From Acaryochloris marina MBIC11017 (GTDB lineage Bacteria; Cyanobacteriota; Cyanobacteriia; Thermosynechococcales; Thermosynechococcaceae), in contig NC_009925.1 in assembly GCF_000018105.1 (NCBI RefSeq), positions 3,210,001-3,242,000 on the forward strand: a DNA stretch of 32,000 nt, given 5' to 3'. This document shows positions 7,066 through 14,596 of this stretch, piece by piece. The notes under the pieces are model-generated. The model was not told the DNA's origin and searched no databases. It saw only the letters and a list, made by a program, of their open reading frames with translations. A program made the translations under genes and the position numbers. Every line of letters begins with the position of its first letter. Position 1 is the stretch's first letter.

Positions 7066-10000
7066 CTAGATATAGCTGAAAGAACTATCTGTCAGGCTAA
7101 ATCCAGAGTCACCCATAACATTGGCAATTAACTCATCAGCGCCGCCAGCACTGCCATCACCATTAGAATCTAGATAGATTCCAGTTCCGCTCATGCCAGG
7201 GGCTGAAGCTCCTAAGACGTAATCAGATGCAGAACCACTGAGTTGAATCGTATCCTCGCTGCCATTGAAGTCAGTAATGACGGCAAAGTCAGTGAGACCT
7301 GCTGATGTTTCATCGCCATCGTTGTAGTAGGCGACGTCACCGCCAAGGACAAAATAATCTGCCCCTTCATCCCCAGTCATATAGTCGATAGAGCCACTGC
7401 CTTTAAGGGTGTCGCTGTTGGCACCGACTAATACATCGTCACCACTACCGCCTAGTAGAGTGTCATTGCCTTCTTGACCAATTAGGGTATCGTTGTTAGC
7501 GCCCCCGTCAAGGACATCATTACCTGCGCCAGCATAGAGGCCGTCGTTTCCGGCATCGCCAAAGAGCTGATCATCACCACTGCCACCATATAAGGAGTCT
7601 AGACCTGCACCACCCTGTAGATTATTAGATCCGTTGACTCCATAGAGAGCATCGTTACCGTCTCCACCCAGCAGTTGGTTATCCCCAGTGCTGCCAAACA
7701 ACTCGTCGTTGCCAGCGCCACCATCTAAAAGATCATTATCGCTATCGGCATACAGGGAATCGTCCCCTTCTCCCCCTAAGAGAGTGTCAACACCAGACCC
7801 ACCGTAGAGCTGGTCATTGCCACTGCCTCCTTCGAGGAAGTCATTTCCGCTACCGCCTTTGAGGATATCTGCTCCTGCACCAGCATTGAGGATATCGTCA
7901 TTGCTGCCGCCGTCCAGGGTGTCTTTACCATCGCCACTGGAGAGGGTATCGTTCCCAGATCCACCCTTGAGGGTGTTATTGCCACCCGTAGTGGTCAAAA
8001 CGTCATCCCCGGCACCGCCATCTAAGCGGTCGCTGCCGCTGCCACTAGAAAGGGTGTCATTGCCTCCTTGGCCGTAGAGCTTCACTTTTGCCCCGTTGGT
8101 GGAGGTAATTTCGTCATTGCCGCTATTGGCATAGAGCGTTTCAATGCCGGCTGCATCGATATCCATATTTAGGTCAGAGGTGCTTTGATAGTAAGCCGTA
8201 TCTGTACCAGTGCCGCCTTCAACCACCGTATCGTCAGCGTCGAAGTAGAGTTTATCGTTACCAGCGCCCCCGATTAATTGATCTGCACCTGCATCTCCTT
8301 TCAGGGTATCGTTGCCAGACCCACCATCTAAGAGGTCATCGCCACTACCGCCAAGCAGACTATCGTTGCCGTTACCAGAGCTTAGAGTATCGTTACCAGA
8401 CCCACCATCTAAGGTATCTTTGCCTCCGGCAGTCGTCAGGCTATCGTTACCGTCGCCACCGAATAGAGCATTGTTGCCACCGCTAGAGGATAAGACATCG
8501 TCGCCGCTGCCACCATCTAAGCGATCGCTACCGCTGCCACTGGTAAGGGTGTCATCGCCAGCTAGGCCATACATCTTAATGTTGGTGCCATTGCTGGAGG
8601 TGAACTGGTCGTTCCCAGCGTTACCGTGAATTTCTTCGATGCTGACATCATCAATATTGAGGGTTAGACCGTCGCTACTTTGGAGTTTGGCAACGTCTGT
8701 ACCGTCGCCACCATCGAAGGTGTCATCACCATCGAAGTTCAGGGTGTCGTTACCTGCACCGCCCATGAGGGTATCGGCCCCGGCATTGCCCGAGAGCACA
8801 TCATTGCCTTCTTGGCCTTCTAATAGGTCATCACCCGCGCCGCCGGAGAGGATATCATTGCCTGCTCCTGCGAGAATGGTGTCATTGCCATCACCGCCAT
8901 CGAGGTTCTCATGGCCGGTGCCGCCCGTGATACTGTCATCGCCAGCTTCACCATGAATTTCGACATTCTCGGTACCGGAATTGGTAAAGACATCATCGCC
9001 GCCAGAACCGTAGGCTAGCTCAATTTGGCTGGTGCCCAGGTCTAAGGTGACCGGTTGGTTGCCTTGGGCGCGAGCGATGTCATAACCGTCGCCGCCATCG
9101 ACTACGGTATCGTCCGCGTCGAATAGCAATGTGTCAGAGCCTTCGCCTCCATACAGTGCGTCTGCACCATCGCCACCGACCAACATGTCGTTCTCGGTAC
9201 CGCCTTCGAGGGTGTCATCCCCAGCACCCCCATCCATGTAATCATGGCCCGCTTCCCCAGAAATTAGGTCGTTGCCTTCACCTGCGATCGCAGTATCTTC
9301 ACCGGCTCCACCGGCTAGGGTATCGTCGCCCGTGCCGCCTTCAAGATAGTCATTGGCTGAGCCACCGGATAACTGGTCATTACCGCCGTTACCGAATAAC
9401 GCCACTGTGGTCGAAGCGGGAGTTCCAGCACCATTGGTATGGGTGAAAACATCATCACCACTGTTGCCGTGGGCTTCATCAAAGCTGTTGGCCCCTGCAT
9501 CAAAGACGACGCCTTCTGCAGACTCAACAATGGCAACGTCATAGCCTTCACCACCGAGGATTTGAGTGTCGGCAGCGTCAATAAAGACAACATCATTTCC
9601 GTCTCCACCTAGGAGGGTATCAGCCCCTTCACCTCCACTTAAGAAGTCATTGCCGCTGCCGCCATCAACGATGTCATTCCCGGCGTTCCCGGACAGCCAC
9701 TCGTCATTGCCGGTATTACCAGAAATAACGTCAGCTCCTGCACCACCTTCAATGACATCCTGGCCTTCGCCACCACTGAGTTGGTCGGCCCCTTCACCAC
9801 CACTTAAGTAGTCGTTTCCGGCATCACCAGAGAGGACGTCATCCCCGGCATCGCCCATGAGAACGTCTTTTTCTTCGCCACCGAAGAGGGTATCATTGCC
9901 AGCACCACCTTCTAAAATATCTGAGCCAGCTTCACCCTTCAGTAAGTCAGCATCATCACCGCCGCCTAAGGTGTCGTTACCAGCCCCACCGTATAGGGTG

Positions 10001-12594
10001 TCTAGTCCAGCATCGCCTTGGAGAACATCGTTTCCTGCATCACCAGTTAGTAAATCCTGGTCAGCGCCACCCAGAACGGTATCATCGTCTTCACCACCGG
10101 AAACAATGTCGTTCCCCCGGCCACCAGAAACGATGTCGTTGCCTGTACCGCCGGAAATAACATCGTTGCCCGTACCACCGTCGACCCAGTAGTCATCACC
10201 TGTTCCGGCGTTGAGAATGTCGTTGCCAGCCCCGCCAGTCAGAACGTCGTTGCCTTCATCCCCTGCCAAGGTGTCGTTACCCGTACCACCGCTGATGATG
10301 TCACTTTCTAAGCCACCGCTTAGCTCGTCATGGCCTGTGCCCCCATCTAGGGTGTCCTTGCCTGCGCCGCCGAAGAGCGTGTCGTCGCCGAGACCTCCTT
10401 CTAAGATGTCGTCGCCTTGGTCGCCAGAGAGATAGTCATTACCGCTGTTCCCCAAGATGGTGTCGTTGCCTTCACCCCCCATGAGGACATCATTCACAGA
10501 TGAAGCCGTGCTCGCGTGCACCGAGACGCTATCTAGATATCCACCCAAGCTATCGTCGGTGCCCACGGCTCTAAACTCAAGGGCAGTCGTATCACCATTG
10601 CCACCTTGGAGCTTATAGGTATAGGTTTGCCATTGTTCGCTTTGGCTTTCACCGTGAATGGTATCGATGAGTTCGCCATCCCAGTAAACTTCAATTGGTG
10701 TACTGTTGAGATCTACACCGGGTCTGGGAGTGTAAGCAAAAGACAGCTCGTAGGTTTGTCCTGCTACCGTGTCTAATTGCTGCATCATGCCACTGTTGTT
10801 GTGGCTATCGAGTTCTACTCGGGCTTGGCCGTCATCAGCGACCCCTATCTGCTGAACTTCGATGCCGGACCCTTGGGTACTTGTCCAACCGGATATGGAT
10901 TGGAAAACATCCCAACTCTTATTGCCCAGAGGATTGTCTTCGAAACTGCCATTGACGACGAGATTGATTTGACCCAGGCTATCTTCTTGACCGCCATCGA
11001 TAAAGTCGTTCCCAGTGCCCCCGTAGATGGTGTCGTCTCCGGAACCCCCATCCATAATGTCGTTGCCAGCATTGCCTGACATTAAATCGTTGCCGGAGTT
11101 ACCCAGAACGATGTCTTGGCCTTCACCACCGCTAACGGTATCTTCACCAGCACCGCCAGCAACCACATCATTGCCGAGGCCGCCTTCTACGAGGTCATTA
11201 CCATCGCCACCGTCGACCCAGTAGTCGTCGCCTTCACCTCCATCCAGGACATCATTGCCCGCGTCGCCCATCATGACATCGTTACCGGTGTTACCCAGCA
11301 GGGTGTCTGTCCCTCTACCGCCAGACAGCACATCTTCTCCAGCGCCGCCATCGATTAAATCAGCGCCTTCACCACCCGAGAGCCAGCCATCATTTCCAGC
11401 GCCACCGTCGATGGTGTCATTGCCCTGGCCGCCTTCAATGGCATCCATGCCTTCATCACCGGAGAGCAGATCATTCCCGACCCCACCATCGATAAAGTCA
11501 TGACCCGCACCACCGCTGATGGTGTCTTGCCCAGCATCGCCGTAGAGAACGTCCTGGTCGCCTTCGCCGGAAATGAGATCATTGCCTTCGCCGCCATGGA
11601 TATTGTCGTCTCCATGTCCCCCGTAGAGGGTATCTGTACCGGTGCCCCCATCCATATGATCGATATGTTCACCACCAAAGAGAGCATCGTCGCCCGCTCC
11701 CCCCATCATGGTGTCATCATCTGCGCCGCCGTAGAGGATATCGTTGCCTTCGCCACCATCCATGATGTCGTGGCCTTGCTCACCGTAGAGGGTATCGCTG
11801 CCTTCGCCGCCAGACATCCAATAGTCGTCACCGGCACCCCCGATTAGCTCATCGTTACCAGCTTCTCCCATGAGAATGTCATTGCCAGACTGGCCCAGGA
11901 TTTTGTCATCCCCTAGACCGCCTTTAAGGGTGTCAGCGCCTTCACCCCCATCCACTAGGTCATCCCCAGTACCGCCATCCACATAATCCGCGCCAGAGCC
12001 GGCTAATAGGCTATCTTGGCCTTCATTTCCGAGTAGATTGTCGTTGCCAACACCGCCGGTGACAAAGTCATTGCCTTCGCCGCCGCTGAGAATATCATCG
12101 CCTGCGTCCCCATGTAGGGTGTCGTCACCTGCTTCACCGGCTAGCCAGTAATCATCGCCTTGGCCGCCAATAATCATATCTGCGCCTTGGTCACCCATGA
12201 TGGCGTCTTTACCTAAGCCACCAATGAGGACATCATTACCAATGCCGCCTAAGAGAAGGTCATCATTCTGGGTACCGCTGCTAATAGCGTTGGGATCGGC
12301 GAAACCTGCACCGCTTTCATCGATGGGACCGGTATAGGTGTAGTTACCGCTTGCATCTTGTTGCCAGTTTTGGGTACCCCCTTCATCACCATGCATCCAG
12401 TCATTGCCTTGGCCGCCAGAGAGCGTATCGTTGCCTGTGCCACCTTTGACGACATCATCGCCTTCATTACCCGATAGCCAAACATCATCGCCTTCGCCGC
12501 CGATAATGGTATCGTCGCCTTCCTTGCCGACAACGACATCATCTGCCTCGGAGCCGAATAGAGCTTCGCTGCTGTCAGTACCAAATACTTGCAT
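7066..12594 (-). CDS. Giant RTX-type calcium-binding protein (1842 aa) and likely T1SS substrate. It has dozens of GGxGxDxxx nonapeptide repeats, an embedded DUF642/CBM-like beta-sandwich domain and a C-terminal secretion-type domain.
   Basis: The hemolysin-type nonapeptide repeat is pervasive. A non-repeat segment around aa 543-695 (NGSFEDNPLG...GWTSTQGSGIEVQ...YELSFAYTPRPG...) lies at nt ~10510-10970. The C-terminal ~110 aa (GADYFVLGG..YYNDGDETSAGLTDFAVITDFNGSEDTIQLSGSASDYVLG...) resembles T1SS C-terminal target domains. There is no N-terminal signal peptide. Confidence 0.92.
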   Translation of the reverse strand: MQVFGTDSSEALFGSEADDVVVGKEGDDTIIGGEGDDVWLSGNEGDDVVKGGTGNDTLSGGQGNDWMHGDEGGTQNWQQDASGNYTYTGPIDESGAGFADPNAISSGTQNDDLLLGGIGNDVLIGGLGKDAIMGDQGADMIIGGQGDDYWLAGEAGDDTLHGDAGDDILSGGEGNDFVTGGVGNDNLLGNEGQDSLLAGSGADYVDGGTGDDLVDGGEGADTLKGGLGDDKILGQSGNDILMGEAGNDELIGGAGDDYWMSGGEGSDTLYGEQGHDIMDGGEGNDILYGGADDDTMMGGAGDDALFGGEHIDHMDGGTGTDTLYGGHGDDNIHGGEGNDLISGEGDQDVLYGDAGQDTISGGAGHDFIDGGVGNDLLSGDEGMDAIEGGQGNDTIDGGAGNDGWLSGGEGADLIDGGAGEDVLSGGRGTDTLLGNTGNDVMMGDAGNDVLDGGEGDDYWVDGGDGNDLVEGGLGNDVVAGGAGEDTVSGGEGQDIVLGNSGNDLMSGNAGNDIMDGGSGDDTIYGGTGNDFIDGGQEDSLGQINLVVNGSFEDNPLGNKSWDVFQSISGWTSTQGSGIEVQQIGVADDGQARVELDSHNNSGMMQQLDTVAGQTYELSFAYTPRPGVDLNSTPIEVYWDGELIDTIHGESQSEQWQTYTYKLQGGNGDTTALEFRAVGTDDSLGGYLDSVSVHASTASSVNDVLMGGEGNDTILGNSGNDYLSGDQGDDILEGGLGDDTLFGGAGKDTLDGGTGHDELSGGLESDIISGGTGNDTLAGDEGNDVLTGGAGNDILNAGTGDDYWVDGGTGNDVISGGTGNDIVSGGRGNDIVSGGEDDDTVLGGADQDLLTGDAGNDVLQGDAGLDTLYGGAGNDTLGGGDDADLLKGEAGSDILEGGAGNDTLFGGEEKDVLMGDAGDDVLSGDAGNDYLSGGEGADQLSGGEGQDVIEGGAGADVISGNTGNDEWLSGNAGNDIVDGGSGNDFLSGGEGADTLLGGDGNDVVFIDAADTQILGGEGYDVAIVESAEGVVFDAGANSFDEAHGNSGDDVFTHTNGAGTPASTTVALFGNGGNDQLSGGSANDYLEGGTGDDTLAGGAGEDTAIAGEGNDLISGEAGHDYMDGGAGDDTLEGGTENDMLVGGDGADALYGGEGSDTLLFDADDTVVDGGDGYDIARAQGNQPVTLDLGTSQIELAYGSGGDDVFTNSGTENVEIHGEAGDDSITGGTGHENLDGGDGNDTILAGAGNDILSGGAGDDLLEGQEGNDVLSGNAGADTLMGGAGNDTLNFDGDDTFDGGDGTDVAKLQSSDGLTLNIDDVSIEEIHGNAGNDQFTSSNGTNIKMYGLAGDDTLTSGSGSDRLDGGSGDDVLSSSGGNNALFGGDGNDSLTTAGGKDTLDGGSGNDTLSSGNGNDSLLGGSGDDLLDGGSGNDTLKGDAGADQLIGGAGNDKLYFDADDTVVEGGTGTDTAYYQSTSDLNMDIDAAGIETLYANSGNDEITSTNGAKVKLYGQGGNDTLSSGSGSDRLDGGAGDDVLTTTGGNNTLKGGSGNDTLSSGDGKDTLDGGSNDDILNAGAGADILKGGSGNDFLEGGSGNDQLYGGSGVDTLLGGEGDDSLYADSDNDLLDGGAGNDELFGSTGDNQLLGGDGNDALYGVNGSNNLQGGAGLDSLYGGSGDDQLFGDAGNDGLYAGAGNDVLDGGANNDTLIGQEGNDTLLGGSGDDVLVGANSDTLKGSGSIDYMTGDEGADYFVLGGDVAYYNDGDETSAGLTDFAVITDFNGSEDTIQLSGSASDYVLGASAPGMSGTGIYLDSNGDGSAGGADELIANVMGDSGFSLTDSSFSYI

Positions 12595-12623
12595 GGTTTC
12601 CCCCTGGTTTGTAATTCTTCTTA

Positions 12624-12690
12624 ACGCTAATTGTTCAAGTTCACTAGAGTGTCAATAGGTAAAGCTATAAAAAAAACTTATGTATTGACA
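12624..12690 (-). promoter_or_regulatory. Candidate promoter/operator region of the RTX gene. It has an inverted repeat TGTCAATA (12650-12657) / TATTGACA (12683-12690). A minus-strand TTGACA (12655..12650) is followed by a 20-nt spacer and TAGCGT (12629..12624).
   Basis: Read directly. The over-long spacer is the geometry typical of MerR-activated promoters, and a MerR-family gene lies immediately upstream. The -10 match is weak. Confidence 0.2.
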
Positions 12691-12765
12691 TGGATAGGCA
12701 GGACGGTTTGTGGACTTCACCCATTGATGGAGTCCAGTAGATTAGAAATGAGGGTTTAAATGGAG

Positions 12766-13722
12766 TTAAGGAACAGGCTGTGGATAGCTAACGGTTGAGG
12801 TATCCACAACGATGGGTTCATCCACAATCACATCGTCAAGATTGGCATCAATTAAATTGCTGCCAAATAAGTTGACCCCTCGTAAATCTGCTCCCTGTAA
12901 ATTGGCTCCCATAAGGATGGCTTCGCTGAGGTTGGCACCTCGCAGGTCGGCTTCACATAAGCAAGCGCCACCCAAATTACTGCCAATTAAACTGGCGTCT
13001 GTTAAGGTGGTTTCACTTAAATCTGTACCAATCAGAACCGCATGGGATAAATCGGCCTGTTTGAGGTAAGCACCAATCATATCGGCTCCACTCAGATAGG
13101 CTTCGCGAAACGTGCATTGTTCTAGGGCAGTTTCGTTTAAACTCGCCAACATCAGTTCAGCCCGATTGAAATTGCTATGGCTGAGGAGAGTGCCGCTCAA
13201 TTTAGCTCCAATCAGCTTCATACCTGCGAAATGGCGTTCACCTGCTGCATATTTTGCCAATATGCTTCGGCTAATATCTTCATCTCCTTCCAGATCTGCA
13301 TGACTATGCTCTTCAATTGTTTGTAGCAATTTGAGAAGAGATTGAGATTGGGGGCCGACCGTACTCAGCTGCTGTAATTGTTCAAAACGACGTCCTAGTT
13401 GTTGTCGAGAATGGTTGAGTTCTGCGAGCTGTTGGTCTAATTCTTCGACATGGTGGGCTACCATTTGCTGCATGCGCTGTTGTGCATCTTTGGAATGTTC
13501 ACCAAGGTCTAGCAGTTCTTTAATTTCGTGTAGGGAGAGGCCAAAATTTTGGGCACTGCGAATGATTTGTAATCGGTTTTGAGCGGCTGTGGTGTAGAGA
13601 CGATAGCCGGATCGATTCCGTTCGGGTTGTTTCAGGAGTCCAAGTTGCTCATAATAGCGAATTGCTTGAGGCGAGACACCAAATTTACTGGCTAATTGGC
13701 CAATGAGCAGTCCAGTCGTCAT
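12766..13722 (-). CDS. MerR-family HTH transcriptional regulator fused to a C-terminal pentapeptide-repeat domain.
   Basis: The N-terminus LLIGQLASKFGVSPQAIRYYEQLGLLKQPERNRSGYRLY...LQIIRSAQNFGLSLHEIKELL is a classic MerR HTH followed by a coiled coil. About 125 C-terminal residues carry A(D/N)LxX pentapeptide repeats (ADLSHAVLIGTDLSETTLTDASLIGSNLGG...ADLRGANLSEAILMGANLQGADLRGVNL). I chose the ATG at 13722. The track start at 13791 is a TTG. Confidence 0.85.
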   Translation of the reverse strand: MTTGLLIGQLASKFGVSPQAIRYYEQLGLLKQPERNRSGYRLYTTAAQNRLQIIRSAQNFGLSLHEIKELLDLGEHSKDAQQRMQQMVAHHVEELDQQLAELNHSRQQLGRRFEQLQQLSTVGPQSQSLLKLLQTIEEHSHADLEGDEDISRSILAKYAAGERHFAGMKLIGAKLSGTLLSHSNFNRAELMLASLNETALEQCTFREAYLSGADMIGAYLKQADLSHAVLIGTDLSETTLTDASLIGSNLGGACLCEADLRGANLSEAILMGANLQGADLRGVNLFGSNLIDANLDDVIVDEPIVVDTSTVSYPQPVP

Positions 13723-13783
13723 TTCATTATCAGGGATTAGAAATCCAAGTTTTTTATCGGTTATTCTTAGGATGCCCAAATAA

Positions 13784-13834
13784 AAAGGCAATTTAGCGGA
13801 GTAAAGACGACAAGCTCCAGCAAAAATTGCCTTT
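13784..13834 (-). terminator. Long hairpin with 11-bp perfect arms (AAAGGCAATTT / AAATTGCCTTT) and a 29-nt loop, between the 105-aa gene and the MerR-PRP gene. Possible terminator or operator.
   Basis: The arms lie at 13784-13794 and 13824-13834. On the minus strand the second arm is followed by TTATTTGGG. Confidence 0.3.
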
Positions 13835-13879
13835 GACTGATATAAGGTTTAAGAGGAATAGTTCGGATTTGACTGTTAG

Positions 13880-14197
13880 TTAAGCCACGGCAGCCACTAA
13901 ATGATTTGTGGTTTTTGGGCCAACTTTTTCTTTGAGAACATCTTGGATTTGGCGCAAATAATCTTCGGCAACTTCTTGAGGAAAATTGAGGTGAATGGTG
14001 AGATTAGGATTGCTGCTATAGATGTGTAATGAACCATAGGTGGGTAACCAGCCTGAGAAGCCAGCGACCTGTGTATAGGCGATAAATTGGAAAGCCCGAG
14101 TGCTGGGGTTAGAGTACTCAATCCCGCTTTCTGTAAGGGTAATAATGACATCGCTGTTTGCATCTTTGGGATGAAAACCTTTGAATTCCATTCTCAT
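13880..14197 (-). CDS. Hypothetical protein (105 aa), soluble, no recognised domain.
   Basis: Clean ORF with coding-like composition, flanked by AT-rich non-coding DNA. It is on the same strand as its neighbours. Confidence 0.5.
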   Translation of the reverse strand: MRMEFKGFHPKDANSDVIITLTESGIEYSNPSTRAFQFIAYTQVAGFSGWLPTYGSLHIYSSNPNLTIHLNFPQEVAEDYLRQIQDVLKEKVGPKTTNHLVAAVA

Positions 14198-14596
14198 GAC
14201 AGACTCCTAGACATGGGTCAATTTAATGTGCTCAATCTGGTGTTTGCGGAGTATTCTTTTATAGAATATTTTTGCTAAAAAAGAGTAAGTTTTCTATTTG
14301 TCGTGAGTACGAAAGCAGAAAAAGAATGACTCTTTAGTCAGATTGGATATTTCAATATTGCCCAAAAAGTAGTTCTATCTAACTTGATAATGTTGTGGTG
14401 TTTAAGTAAAAAATTTTAGACTGTATTTAATTTTTGTCGGAGATATATGAAGACTCAAACAATTTATTTTTTGTGTATACAAAATAGACAGAAAGATATA
14501 CATCCTAAACGGTGTTTTTGGATGCTCAGCAGATGGGACAGAGTCTTACTGGAGGTCCGTCTGCAGGCTGCTATTGTAGGTCTAGCACGAGCAAGT

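Noticed and set aside
7066-12594. Highly periodic short repeats that could be mistaken for a CRISPR array or satellite.
   Set aside because: The period is 27 nt, in frame, with degenerate units that encode calcium-binding nonapeptides. There is no repeat-spacer architecture, no conserved palindromic repeat and no cas genes.
7776-12658. Many 60-115-aa ORFs inside the RTX gene on the opposite strand or in alternative frames. They have Pro/Ser-rich translations such as PPSKRSLPLPP (for example 7817-8077, 8312-8629, 9857-10192, 11255-11503).
   Set aside because: They are mirror-frame artefacts of the GGxGxD codon periodicity (GGT/GAC-rich DNA lacks stops in several frames). They lie entirely within a 1842-aa ORF that has clear family motifs.
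12812-13069. A plus-strand 85-aa ORF antisense to the pentapeptide-repeat region, itself repeat-like (KLAP, KLLP).
   Set aside because: It is an antisense shadow of the pentapeptide repeat periodicity. The sense frame carries a complete MerR domain and the canonical A(D/N)LxX repeats.
13723-13791. The upstream extension of the MerR-PRP ORF (MPFYLGILRITDKKLGFLIPDNE).
   Set aside because: It begins at a TTG and overlaps a hairpin arm. The MerR HTH starts right after the ATG at 13722.
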